DNA from: an uncultured delta proteobacterium
Lineage (GTDB): Bacteria; Myxococcota_A; Polyangia; Polyangiales; Polyangiaceae
Assembly: GCA_963806225.1 (NCBI GenBank)
Contig: CAWDXG010000004.1
Location: 992,001 to 1,056,000, forward strand
Reading direction: 5' to 3'
DNA: 64,000 nt
Below are positions 52,453-62,099 of the stretch, one piece after another; position 1 is the stretch's first letter; the number at the start of each line of letters is the position of its first letter. The notes under the pieces were generated by a model that did not search any database, had not been told where the DNA came from, and saw nothing but the letters and a program-made list of their open reading frames with translations. The position numbers and the translations under genes are program-made.

Positions 52453-52545
52453 AGCCCACGAGCGGGCCCGACGCCCAGTCTCCGGCGCCACGGGGGCACC
52501 TGCCAGAGGTTTGACTGACGCACTGCGCCAGGGTAATTCCAGCTC

Positions 52546-53184
52546 GTGAACAGCGAGCGGCCGCCGCCGAGCAGCGATCGAGTCGAGGACAAGGAGCGCG
52601 AACGGCGCCGGCTGGAGCGCATCCTGCCGGAGCTCATCAAGCGCATTGTCGAGGCCGGGTACGAGAAGATCAGCGAGGGGCCGGAAAACGTCCGCCACTT
52701 CGTGAGCGAGATGAAGCTTCCCAAGGAAGCCCTCGCTCTCATCTTCGCGCAACTCGACGAGACGAAGAACGGACTCTACCGCGTGGTCGCGAAGGAAATC
52801 CGCGACTTCCTCGAGCACACCAATTTTGCCGAGGAGATGTCGAAGGTACTGACCACGCTGTCGTTCGAGGTGAAGACCGAGGTGCGCTTCATTCCGAACG
52901 ACTCGCGCTACGGCGCGCCTCGGCCCGACGTGCGGTCGCGCGTTCGCGTCAAGAAGGACAAGCCGGAAGCGAAGGACAAGCGCGAGCGCGAGGAGGCTCC
53001 CGAGGCGGATCCGTCGCAGGAGCCGCCGGCCGCCGACGCGTCCGGCGCTGCTTCCACTCCGCGCAGCCCGGAGCGTCCTTCGCGCTATTCCGAACGTCCT
53101 CCGCGGCATTCGGAACCTCCGCCTCCAGTGCATCCGGCGGACGCCGATGATCCCGACCGGAATCCCGAGGAGGGCGAGTCGTGA
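52546..53184 (+). CDS. hypothetical protein (helical core, disordered tail)
   Basis: coding-like codon bias; GTGA overlap with the next gene. Confidence 0.75.
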   Translation: MNSERPPPSSDRVEDKERERRRLERILPELIKRIVEAGYEKISEGPENVRHFVSEMKLPKEALALIFAQLDETKNGLYRVVAKEIRDFLEHTNFAEEMSKVLTTLSFEVKTEVRFIPNDSRYGAPRPDVRSRVRVKKDKPEAKDKREREEAPEADPSQEPPAADASGAASTPRSPERPSRYSERPPRHSEPPPPVHPADADDPDRNPEEGES

Positions 53185-53633
53185 AAGCGCTGACTGCGGG
53201 CAGCGAAATCGACTCCTGGTGCACCAGCTGTCGCATGGATCTCGGGCACCGCATCGTGGCGATGGTCGAGGGTCGCCCCAAGCGCGTGGAATGCCTCACG
53301 TGCGGCCGGCAGCATAACTACCGCGCACCGAAGTCCGCCCAGGAAAAGGCCGCCGCCGGGCGCCCGAAGCGCACGAAAACCGGCGCCGCACCGAAGCTGA
53401 CGCAGCGCGCGCGGGCCGAGCAGGAACGCGTCGCGGACTGGGAAGCGCGCGTCTCGGGCCAGCCCTCCGACGCTCTGACCCGCTATTCGATGAACCATCG
53501 GTTTTCCGAAGGCGAGCTGGTGCTGCACAAGAAATTCGGTGAAGGCTACGTCACCGAGGTGCTCGAGGACGGCAAGGTCAGCATCATGTTCCGCGACGGC
53601 CCCCGCACCCTGGCTCACGGCCACGGCGGCTAG
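53181..53633 (+). CDS. zinc-ribbon protein with C-terminal HxxFGxGxV (PcrA/UvrD C-terminal Tudor-like) domain
   Basis: CTSC...CLTC; GELVLHKKFGEGYV. Confidence 0.75.
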   Translation: MKALTAGSEIDSWCTSCRMDLGHRIVAMVEGRPKRVECLTCGRQHNYRAPKSAQEKAAAGRPKRTKTGAAPKLTQRARAEQERVADWEARVSGQPSDALTRYSMNHRFSEGELVLHKKFGEGYVTEVLEDGKVSIMFRDGPRTLAHGHGG

Positions 53634-56450
53634 ATGCCCGCCTCGCTGCGGCAGCGCGCTCTGGTCGTCGCCGCGGTACTGGCGGCGACCTGTGCCAGCA
53701 GCGCGGCGCGAGCCACGACCCGGATCATCCCGGCGGAAGACGGCTCGCTGGGCGCGTGGCTGGTAGCCGGCGCCGTGCCGGCCAGCGCGGGCGCCGGGCT
53801 CGACCCGGGCGCCGCGCGGCCCAGCAAGGGCGCACCCCTGTCCGATGCGAGCTCTGGACCGCGCTGGCGTGTGGTGTCCACCGACGACGGGGCCCTCGAC
53901 CTCGAGAAGGAGCTTTCCGCCGGCAAGAAGGCCGGGCCCTGGGCCATGCTCGGCGGCGAGCTCGAGCTGGCGCGCGCTCTCGATGGCTGGCTGTTGCTCT
54001 CGTTCGACGGCGGCGCGACGGTGCTGGTCGACGGGAACAAGCTCTGGAGCCGCGACATCGAGCGGATCCGGGGCGGGTCGTGGGACGCGATCCCGCTGCG
54101 GCTACCGAAGGGCCGCCACCGGCTCACGCTGTGGCTGCATCACCGCGGCCACTACTGGGCCTGTGCAGTGCGGGTGCTCGACCGGAGCACGCTGCGACCA
54201 CCTCGCGGACTGTCACTGGCGCTGCCGGGCACCGACGCCGACGATACCGCGCGGCTGGCGGCCTCCATGCTGCACGTCGAGCTTTCAACCGGGCTCGACG
54301 ACAACGGCTACCGGCCGCGCATCGCGCTCGAGTACCGCCGCGGTGCTCCGCGCGACGTGGCCCGCGACGCCAGCGTGCAGGCGCGCCTGACGGGCTCGGC
54401 CAAGCCACTTTTCAAGGTCGCTCTCGGCCAACTGCCGGTCGGCGGGCGCGCCGTGCACGCGCTCCGCGCCGTGCTGCCGCCCGTTTCCGCCAGGGCGCTC
54501 GGCGACACGGACAACATCCGCCGCCTCGAGCTCCACATCGAGCTCGGCAAGGTCGAGCTGGAGCGCACGCTGCTCGTCACCCGCCGCGCACCGCGCGTCC
54601 TTTCACGCGCCGGAGCGCTCGGCGCGAAGCTGCGCAGCGGCGCGTCCGGTCCTGGACTACTCGACGCGGCTGTGATCGCCGACACGCTCGAACAGAAGAG
54701 CGGCCGCCTGCGCCAGCTGGGCCACCGGCGTCACTCCACGCTGCACGCGCTCGCGAGTACGCTGGAGGACCTGGAAGCGCTGTGCGCCGACGTCGAGCAC
54801 GCCCGGGATCCGCTGGCGCTGCCGGGCGTGCATGCCCTCGCCCGCCGCTCCGATCTCGACGGCCGCCCCGAGCGCTTCGAGCTGTACGTGCCGGCGGGTT
54901 TCGACCCGGGGGCGAAGCGCCGCTACCCGCTGGTGGTGGCCCTCCACGGCTACAACGGCGGACCGCACGGCGTGATGCGCGCCTTTCTCGACAGCGACAG
55001 CCGCGGACCGGTGAGCGGCGTGGACGGCTTCGTGCTGGCGCCGTTCGCGTACGGCAACGCGTTCTACCGCGGACCGGGCGAGCACGAGGTGATGCGGAGC
55101 CTCGACTGGGCGATGAAGACGTTTCCCGTCGATCCGGAGCGCGTGAGCATCACGGGCGTGTCCATGGGGGGCACGGGCACCGCCCAGCTCGCGTTCTTCT
55201 ACGCGGACCGCTTCTCGGCGGTGTCGCCACTGTGCGGCTACCAGAGCTACTTCATCCGCCACGACACCTCGCACCGTCCGCTCCGTCCCTGGGAGAAGGA
55301 CCGCATGCGGCACTGGTCGCCCACGAGCTGGGCGGAGAACGGCCGCAACATGCCGATGTTCCTCGCGCAGGGAACGAAGGACTACCCGCACGAAAACGGC
55401 AAGGTGCTGGTCAAGCGCTACCGCGCACTCGGCTACTCCGTCAGCGAGGACTGGCCGGACATCGGCCACCACGTCTGGGAGATCGAATGGAAGGGGGCGA
55501 AGATGTGGCCGTGGCTTGCGCGCCACCGGCACGATCCCTCGCCAAGACACATCACACTGAAGAGCGACCAGCTGCGCTACGCGAAGCAGGACTGGCTCCG
55601 CATCACGGTTCTCGCGACGCCCGGGCGCATGGGGCTGGTGGACGCGAAAGTCGTCGACCCGCACCACGTAGTGGTGACCTCCGACGCGGTCGATGGACTG
55701 TCGATCGACCGGGCGCGGGCGAAGCTCGGCGGCGACGCGCCCGTGCAGCTCGAGATCGACGGGCGCTCGCTGGAATTCAAGGCAAACGAGCCGCTCGCCG
55801 CACACCGGACCGCAAAGGGCTGGGCGGCCGGCGCGATCGCGCCGGCGCCGGGCGACAAGCACGCCGGCGTCGAAGGCGCGATCCGCGACGCCTTCCTCGG
55901 TCCCCTCGCCTTCGTCTACGGCACGCTCGATCCATCCACCGCCCGCGCCAATCGCGAGGTCGCAGAAGCGTTCGCCGCCGTGCGCTACGGCGAAGACATC
56001 CACTACCCCGTGCTGGCTGATCGCGACGTGGATCGGGAAGTCGAACGCACGCATTCGCTGTTCCTGGTGGGAACGCGAGCGGACAACCGGCTTTTGCGCT
56101 CGCTCGACGCCGCGCTGCCCGTCCACGTGCGGCATGGCGCGCTGCTCCTCGGCAAGCATCGCTACGCGGGCCCCGACGTGGGGGCGATCTTCGTCCACGC
56201 GAATCCGCGCCACCCGGACCGCTACGTCGTGGCGGTCGAAGCGGTGGATGCGGGCGGCATCTGGCAGGCCCTGTCGCTGCCGCGGCTGCTGCCGGATTTC
56301 ATCGTGTACGACGCCGGCCTGGCGGCAGCCTCCGGACAGCAGGTACTCGGTTCCGCCAGGGTGCTTGCCGGCGGCTTCTTCCAGCGCGACTGGTCGCTCC
56401 CGGCGCACGTAGGCGACCCGGACGCGGGCTCCTCCACCAACGCGCGCTAG
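53634..56450 (+). CDS. large secreted alpha/beta-hydrolase (esterase/peptidase)
   Basis: signal peptide; YPLVVALHG, GVSMGG nucleophile elbow, G..D, GHHVW. Confidence 0.8.
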   Translation: MPASLRQRALVVAAVLAATCASSAARATTRIIPAEDGSLGAWLVAGAVPASAGAGLDPGAARPSKGAPLSDASSGPRWRVVSTDDGALDLEKELSAGKKAGPWAMLGGELELARALDGWLLLSFDGGATVLVDGNKLWSRDIERIRGGSWDAIPLRLPKGRHRLTLWLHHRGHYWACAVRVLDRSTLRPPRGLSLALPGTDADDTARLAASMLHVELSTGLDDNGYRPRIALEYRRGAPRDVARDASVQARLTGSAKPLFKVALGQLPVGGRAVHALRAVLPPVSARALGDTDNIRRLELHIELGKVELERTLLVTRRAPRVLSRAGALGAKLRSGASGPGLLDAAVIADTLEQKSGRLRQLGHRRHSTLHALASTLEDLEALCADVEHARDPLALPGVHALARRSDLDGRPERFELYVPAGFDPGAKRRYPLVVALHGYNGGPHGVMRAFLDSDSRGPVSGVDGFVLAPFAYGNAFYRGPGEHEVMRSLDWAMKTFPVDPERVSITGVSMGGTGTAQLAFFYADRFSAVSPLCGYQSYFIRHDTSHRPLRPWEKDRMRHWSPTSWAENGRNMPMFLAQGTKDYPHENGKVLVKRYRALGYSVSEDWPDIGHHVWEIEWKGAKMWPWLARHRHDPSPRHITLKSDQLRYAKQDWLRITVLATPGRMGLVDAKVVDPHHVVVTSDAVDGLSIDRARAKLGGDAPVQLEIDGRSLEFKANEPLAAHRTAKGWAAGAIAPAPGDKHAGVEGAIRDAFLGPLAFVYGTLDPSTARANREVAEAFAAVRYGEDIHYPVLADRDVDREVERTHSLFLVGTRADNRLLRSLDAALPVHVRHGALLLGKHRYAGPDVGAIFVHANPRHPDRYVVAVEAVDAGGIWQALSLPRLLPDFIVYDAGLAAASGQQVLGSARVLAGGFFQRDWSLPAHVGDPDAGSSTNAR

Positions 56451-57493
56451 CGCCCGCGGCGCGGACGCGTGTTCTTCTGCTTCGACGCGGGCCTGGCGCG
56501 GTCCGGCGAGCCGCCGCCCTTCTTCGACGCGGGCCTGGCGCGGTCCGGCGAGCCGCCGCCCTTCTTCGACGCGGGCCTGGCGCGGTCCGGCGAGCCGCCG
56601 GCCTTCTTCGACGCGGACCTGGCGCGGTCCGGCGAGCCGCCGGCCGTCTTCGACGCGGGCCTGGCGCGCCCAACCGAAGCGCGCGCCTTCTTCGGCGCGC
56701 TCCGCCGCTCGCCCCGGCCCGGCGCGCCCGGGCGCGCCCGCTCGGGCAGCTCGGCCGGGCGCACGCGCTTGGGCACACCGTAGGCGCGCTTCAGATCGAC
56801 CATCTCGTCGACGCCGAGATGGCGCCACTGCCCGGGACGCAGTCCCTCGACCGTGATGCCGGCGTAGGCGACGCGCGCCAGCCGCACCACCGCCGCGCCG
56901 CTAGCCTCGCCGAGCCGCCGCACCTGACGGTTCCTGCCCTCGCGCAGCGTGACCTCGATCCAGGTCTTGCCCTCCACGGTCCTCAGCCGCTTGACCTCCG
57001 CGGGCTGCGTCGCCCGGCCGTCGATGACGATGCTCCGGCGCCAGCGTTCGATCGCGCGGTCGTCGAGCTCGCCTTGAACCTTCGCCACGTACACCTTCGG
57101 TACGCGACGGCGCGGATGCATCAGCCCTTCAGCGAAGTCGCCGTCGTTCGTCAGGAGCAGCACACCGCTCGTGTGGAAGTCGAGCCGTCCGACGGGCACC
57201 AGCCGCAGCCCGATGTTCTTGACGTAGTCGATCACGGTCGGTCGCCCCTCGGGATCGCGGAGCGTGCACATCACGTTCTTCGGTTTGTGCAGCGCGATGT
57301 AGACGAGCGGCTCTGCCATGATCCGACGCCCGTCCACTTCCACGTTCGAGCGGCGGGGGTCGGCGCGCGACCCCAGCTCGGTCACCACGTGGCCGTCGAC
57401 CTTGACCCGACCTGCGACGATCAGCTCCTCCGCGGCGCGCCGCGAGGCGATGCCCGCACGGGCCAGGATTTTCTGGAGGCGTTCGGTGGTCAT
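56447..57493 (-). CDS. rluB: RluB/RsuA-family rRNA pseudouridine synthase with repetitive basic tail
   Basis: S4 domain ERLQKILA.AG.ASRR; GRLD; TNDG; EGRNRQVRR. Confidence 0.88.
   Translation of the reverse strand: MTTERLQKILARAGIASRRAAEELIVAGRVKVDGHVVTELGSRADPRRSNVEVDGRRIMAEPLVYIALHKPKNVMCTLRDPEGRPTVIDYVKNIGLRLVPVGRLDFHTSGVLLLTNDGDFAEGLMHPRRRVPKVYVAKVQGELDDRAIERWRRSIVIDGRATQPAEVKRLRTVEGKTWIEVTLREGRNRQVRRLGEASGAAVVRLARVAYAGITVEGLRPGQWRHLGVDEMVDLKRAYGVPKRVRPAELPERARPGAPGRGERRSAPKKARASVGRARPASKTAGGSPDRARSASKKAGGSPDRARPASKKGGGSPDRARPASKKGGGSPDRARPASKQKNTRPRRGR
56480..56668. repeat. 42-bp in-frame tandem repeat, about 4.5 copies (RARPASKKGGGSPD)
   Basis: CTTCGACGCGG recurs at 56480, 56522, 56564, 56606 and 56648. 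Confidence 0.95.
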
Positions 57494-57597
57494 GCTGTGT
57501 GGCCGGTTGGCTCGCTCACGGGTCCCGGTTATGGCCGCCCGCGGCGCGGGACGCCAGACTCCTGTTGTCTGGGGCGGGTATCTGCTATGGGCGGCGC

Positions 57598-57951
57598 ATG
57601 CGTCGCGTGGACAAGCCCTGGGGTCACGAGGTCATCTGGGCGGAGACCGCCCGCTACGTCGCGAAGGTGCTCCACATCAACAAGGGGCACAAGCTCAGCC
57701 GGCAGTACCACAAGGTCAAGGACGAGACCCTGATGGTGGAATCCGGCGAAATGGACCTGGAGCTCGGAGATGGAGCAGAACTCCGGACCGAGCACATGCG
57801 GTCCGGCGACACCTTCCATGTCACACCGGGCACCATCCACCGCATGATCGCCGTGGAGGACGTGCGCGTGTTCGAGGTCTCGACCCCCGAGCTCGACGAC
57901 GTGGTGCGACTGTCCGACGACTACGGCCGCGAAGGCACCAGCACGCCCTGA
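57598..57951 (+). CDS. cupin domain protein (mannose-6-phosphate isomerase type II C-terminal-like)
   Basis: VDKPWG.E, LSRQYH..K.ET, H..PG..HR, EVSTP...DVVRL.DDYGR. Confidence 0.88.
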   Translation: MRRVDKPWGHEVIWAETARYVAKVLHINKGHKLSRQYHKVKDETLMVESGEMDLELGDGAELRTEHMRSGDTFHVTPGTIHRMIAVEDVRVFEVSTPELDDVVRLSDDYGREGTSTP

Positions 57952-57966
57952 GCCGACCCGAAGCGA

Positions 57967-58755
57967 CTACTTCGATTTCGTCTTGCTGGCAGCATCCCCC
58001 GCGGCAGCGGCAGCGGCACCGGCATCGCCGGCAGCGAGCGGCGGCGGACCGGCGTCCCCGGCGCCTCCGTCGGCCTTCTCGTCTTCCTGCTCTTCCTTCA
58101 ACTCCTGCTCACGCGCGGCGATCTCGTCGCGGTTCCAGCGGTCGACATGGCCGTCGTGGTCGAGATCCACGCCCATGCGGCGTAGGTGCCCCTTGTCGTA
58201 GATCTCCCAGACATCCGGCTTTCCGTCGTGGTTCGTGTCGCGCTGGATGCGGCTCAGCTTGCCGTCCACGTAGTAGCGGACCTCGTCGGGCTGGCCGTCG
58301 TGGTTGGTGTCGATCTCGACCTTGGCGATGCGACCGCGCGCAAACGTTTCCCAGGTGTCGATCTTGCCGTCGTAGTTGCTGTCGGCCAGCTCGTGCAGCG
58401 GCTCGCCCTTGTCGTTGTAGGTGCGCACCACGTCCTTCATCCCGTCGAGGTTCGTGTCGACCTCGCGGCACAGCAGGTTCTTGTGGCGGTCCTCGCCCTC
58501 TCCAACGATGGCGTAGACGCGACGAATGTTCGGCTGGATGGCGCCCGGCCCCGCCGTTTCGCTGACCTCGCGGTCGGCGCGGCCCTTGAAGTCGCAGCGC
58601 GAGTGATCGTCGGCGCTGTTCTTCGCCACCGAGACGGCGCGGCCGCTCTTCGTCGGCATCTTCGGCCCGGTGCCGGTCCCGCCACAGGCGTAGACCGCGA
58701 AGCTCGAAACGCCGAGCAGCGCCATCCCAATCAAGAGCTCGTGGCGCGAGCGCAT
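57967..58755 (-). CDS. lipoprotein with DxNxDG calcium-binding-like repeats
   Basis: signal ending VYAC; five D-x-[ND]-x-DG-x-x-D repeats. Confidence 0.8.
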   Translation of the reverse strand: MRSRHELLIGMALLGVSSFAVYACGGTGTGPKMPTKSGRAVSVAKNSADDHSRCDFKGRADREVSETAGPGAIQPNIRRVYAIVGEGEDRHKNLLCREVDTNLDGMKDVVRTYNDKGEPLHELADSNYDGKIDTWETFARGRIAKVEIDTNHDGQPDEVRYYVDGKLSRIQRDTNHDGKPDVWEIYDKGHLRRMGVDLDHDGHVDRWNRDEIAAREQELKEEQEDEKADGGAGDAGPPPLAAGDAGAAAAAAGDAASKTKSK

Positions 58756-59574
58756 CTACTTGCCGCCTTTCTGGTCGGACGTGCCCTTCTGGTCGGACGC
58801 GCCCTTCGAGTCGGCACTTCCCGTCGGCTTGTTCGACAGTTCCGTCGGCACGGCGCCCGGCCCCTTGAAGTCGGGGCTCTTCACCTCGTGGGCGGGATTG
58901 CGCGCTGGCGGCACGTAGCCTGCGTCCTTGCACACGTCCACCGAGGAGCCCGGATCCGGATGCCCGTCGCCATCGATGTCGGAGTGGATGATCGGGCAGC
59001 CCGGCTTGCCACCCGCCGGGTACTCCCACCACTGATCGATGACGCCGTCGCCATCCGAGTCGCGCTCGGCGCTCGCGACGCGCCCACCCTTGTAGTACTC
59101 CCAGGTATCGAGCTTGCCTCCGAGCGTGGTTGCACGGTCCTTCTCGACCAGAACCCCGCCCTTGTACTTGGAGATCTCGTCGATGCGACCATCGCGGTCG
59201 TAGTCGGTCTCGCGCCGCGTCACCTGCCCCGCCGGATCCCGGTAGACCCACTCGTCCACCTTGCCGTCGAAGTCGAGGTCCACGGCCCGGCACACCTCGT
59301 GGCCGCCCTCCTTGACGATGGTGATGTCGGGGCGGCCGTCGTTGTTGGCGTCGATCTTCTCCGCACCGCTCGAGTTCGTGTCGCACTCCTGGTGCACGAT
59401 CTTGGTGTCCTTGGTGGTCTTCCCCGACGACGCGGAGTTGACGTGCGCGGACGTCGACCCACTGCAGCCAGACTGGAATACTGCGATCGCCAGCGCCGCC
59501 AGCCACCATGCCGCTCCGCGCGGCTTCCCGCGCCGCGCCCCGGCAGGAGGGCTCTTGTGCCTCGTCATCGTCAT
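58756..59574 (-). CDS. lipoprotein with DxDxDG repeats (paralog)
   Basis: signal ending QSGC; DANNDGRPD, DLDFDGKVD, DYDRDGRID, DSDGDGVID, DIDGDGHPD. Confidence 0.8.
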   Translation of the reverse strand: MTMTRHKSPPAGARRGKPRGAAWWLAALAIAVFQSGCSGSTSAHVNSASSGKTTKDTKIVHQECDTNSSGAEKIDANNDGRPDITIVKEGGHEVCRAVDLDFDGKVDEWVYRDPAGQVTRRETDYDRDGRIDEISKYKGGVLVEKDRATTLGGKLDTWEYYKGGRVASAERDSDGDGVIDQWWEYPAGGKPGCPIIHSDIDGDGHPDPGSSVDVCKDAGYVPPARNPAHEVKSPDFKGPGAVPTELSNKPTGSADSKGASDQKGTSDQKGGK

Positions 59575-59818
59575 TCCGCTCGCCCTCTCCGCACCGAAAA
59601 GAAAGCCTACGGCCGGCCTTTCCGCACGCACTGCCTCGCCGTGGTCTGGCGCCATCCTAGGCGGGGACCCGGGCGCTGACAAGCCTGGCGCAGCGCGCAA
59701 TATGCCCGGGAAAATGGCCGGATCCAGCCTTGCCCCCTGGACCCCTTCCGGGGCCAGCTTTATGCTGTAAATCACTGTATTCATTGGCAAAAAATATCTG
59801 GCGCCCGGCTTCTCGTGA

Positions 59819-59847
59819 TTGACATCATACGTATGGGAATCTATTGT
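59819..59847 (+). promoter_or_regulatory. sigma70 promoter of the RHH gene with an internal palindrome
   Basis: TTGACA-N17-TATTGT; CATACGTATG palindrome at 59826-59835 in the spacer. Confidence 0.7.
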
Positions 59848-59881
59848 AACGGCTGGCAAGTCGGCTCCGGATGAGAACACG

Positions 59882-60085
59882 ATGTCACGCAAGAAGATTT
59901 CGACGACCGTCTACATCACGCCGGAGCAGAACGAGCGGCTGCATCTGCTGCACAATCGCACGAAAGTGCCGGTCGCCGTCTACATCCGGGAAGGCATCGA
60001 TCTGGTCCTGAAGCGCTACGAGCACGCGCTGCCCGGGCAGATGAGCCTGACCGAAGCACAGCAACGCGGCAACAAGAAGGCGTAG
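59882..60085 (+). CDS. cdbA: ribbon-helix-helix DNA-binding protein, CdbA-like (c-di-GMP-binding nucleoid-associated protein)
   Basis: 67 aa MSRKKISTTVYITPEQ...TKVPVAVYIREGIDLVL, close to Myxococcus CdbA as I recall it. Confidence 0.75.
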   Translation: MSRKKISTTVYITPEQNERLHLLHNRTKVPVAVYIREGIDLVLKRYEHALPGQMSLTEAQQRGNKKA

Positions 60086-60223
60086 CCCGAACGCAGCGCC
60101 GATCGCGCGAGCCGCGCAACGCGCGCGTCGCCTGCGCTGGTCGTGACGCGGGTTTGGGGCTAGACAAGCCCGCTCGAAAGCTGGGCCTCCTTCCGATCTA
60201 CCAACACGGGGCCAGGCAGAAGC

Positions 60224-62026
60224 ATGCCCACCGATCCGTCGATCATCCGCAACTTCTCGATCATAGCGCACGTCGATCACGGCAAGAGCACGCTCGCCGA
60301 CCGCATCCTCGACCTGACCGGCGCGATCACCGAACGCGAGAAGGTCGCGCAGTTCCTCGACAAGCTCGATCTCGAGCGCGAGCGCGGCATCACCATCAAG
60401 GCCCAGACGGTACGGCTCAAGTACAAGGCGCACGACGGAATCGAGTACCAGCTGCAGCTCATCGATACGCCCGGGCACGTCGATTTCAGCTACGAGGTCA
60501 GCCGCAGTCTCGCAGCCTGCGAAGGCGCACTCCTGGTGGTGGACGCCACGCAGGGCGTCCAGGCGCAGACCGTCGCCAACGTCTATCTCGCGCTCGACAA
60601 CGACCTCGAGATCATCCCCGTGCTCAACAAGGTCGATCTGCCATCGGCCGACGTCGATCGCACGGCCGAGATGATCGAGGAGGTGATAGGCCTCGACTGC
60701 AGCGGCGGGGTGCTCACCAGCGCCAAGACGGGCCAGGGCGTCGGCGAGGTGCTCGAGGCCATCGTGCAACGCATTCCCCCTCCGAAGGGCGACCGCGACG
60801 CGCCCCTGCGCGCTCTTATCTTCGACAGCTGGTACGACAGCTACCGCGGTGCGGTGGTGATGCTGCGCGTGGTTGACGGCCTGCTGAAGAAAGGCGACCG
60901 CATCGAGTTCATGGCCACCGGCCGCTCCTACGAGGTCACCGCCGTCGGCTGTTTCGGCCCGCACCCGGTGGAGCTGACGGAGCTGGGTCCCGGTGAGGTC
61001 GGGTTCGTCGCCGCCAGTATCAAGAGCGTGGAGGACACGAAGATTGGCGACACCGTGACCCTGGCCAAGCGCGCGACCACGTCGCCGCTCCCGGGCTTCA
61101 AGGAAGTGAAGCCAATGGTCTTCGCGGGCATCTTCCCGACCGACTCGGCGCAGTACGAGGATCTCCGCGACGCGCTCAGCAAGCTGCACCTGAACGATTC
61201 GTCGTTCCAGTTCGAACCGGACACGTCCGACGCGCTGGGCTTCGGTTTCCGGTGCGGGTTCCTCGGTCTCTTGCACATGGAGATCATCCAGGAGCGCCTG
61301 GAGCGGGAGTACGACATCGATCTCATCACGACGGCGCCGAGCGTCGTGTACCACGCCCACAAGAAGGACGGTGAGGTTGTCACCGTCGACAATCCCTCGA
61401 AGATGCCTGCGGTGGGTGACATCGAGCGCATCGAGGAGCCGATCATGAAGGTGACGGTCCACGTGCCCTCGGAGTTCGTGGGCCCGGTCGTCGCCCTGTG
61501 CGAGGAGCGGCGCGGCATCCAGCAGGGGATCCACTTCGCCACCAAGACGCACGTCGTCATCACCTACGAGATTCCGTTGGCCGACGTGATTCTGGATTTC
61601 CACGACAAGTTGAAGAGCGCGTCGCGCGGCTACGCCAGCATGGACTACGAGCTGGTGGGCTACCGTCCCGACAACCTGGTCAAGCTCGACATGCTGCTCA
61701 ACGGCGAGCCTCTGGACGCGCTGAGTGTGATCGTCCACCACGACACCGCCTACGCGCGCGGCCGCGCGCTCGCCTCGAAGCTCAAGGAACTGGTGCCGCG
61801 CCAGCAGTACGAGGTCGCCATCCAGGCCGCCATCGGCACCAAGGTCATCGCGCGCACCACCGTGCGCGCCATGCGCAAGGACGTGACCGCCAAGTGCTAC
61901 GGCGGCGACATCAGCCGCAAGCGCAAGCTCCTGGAGAAGCAGAAGGAAGGCAAGAAGCGCATGAAGCAGGTCGGCAGCGTGGAAGTGCCCCAGGAGGCGT
62001 TCCTCGCCATACTCAAGCTCGACTAG
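60224..62026 (+). CDS. lepA: elongation factor 4
   Basis: [45 protein letters not shown]. Confidence 0.98.
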   Translation: MPTDPSIIRNFSIIAHVDHGKSTLADRILDLTGAITEREKVAQFLDKLDLERERGITIKAQTVRLKYKAHDGIEYQLQLIDTPGHVDFSYEVSRSLAACEGALLVVDATQGVQAQTVANVYLALDNDLEIIPVLNKVDLPSADVDRTAEMIEEVIGLDCSGGVLTSAKTGQGVGEVLEAIVQRIPPPKGDRDAPLRALIFDSWYDSYRGAVVMLRVVDGLLKKGDRIEFMATGRSYEVTAVGCFGPHPVELTELGPGEVGFVAASIKSVEDTKIGDTVTLAKRATTSPLPGFKEVKPMVFAGIFPTDSAQYEDLRDALSKLHLNDSSFQFEPDTSDALGFGFRCGFLGLLHMEIIQERLEREYDIDLITTAPSVVYHAHKKDGEVVTVDNPSKMPAVGDIERIEEPIMKVTVHVPSEFVGPVVALCEERRGIQQGIHFATKTHVVITYEIPLADVILDFHDKLKSASRGYASMDYELVGYRPDNLVKLDMLLNGEPLDALSVIVHHDTAYARGRALASKLKELVPRQQYEVAIQAAIGTKVIARTTVRAMRKDVTAKCYGGDISRKRKLLEKQKEGKKRMKQVGSVEVPQEAFLAILKLD

Positions 62027-62099
62027 CGCTCGCTTTCGCACGATCGATGACCGGGCGGGGTTGTCCGGTCGGGATGCTCCAGCTACACACTCCGGGGCC

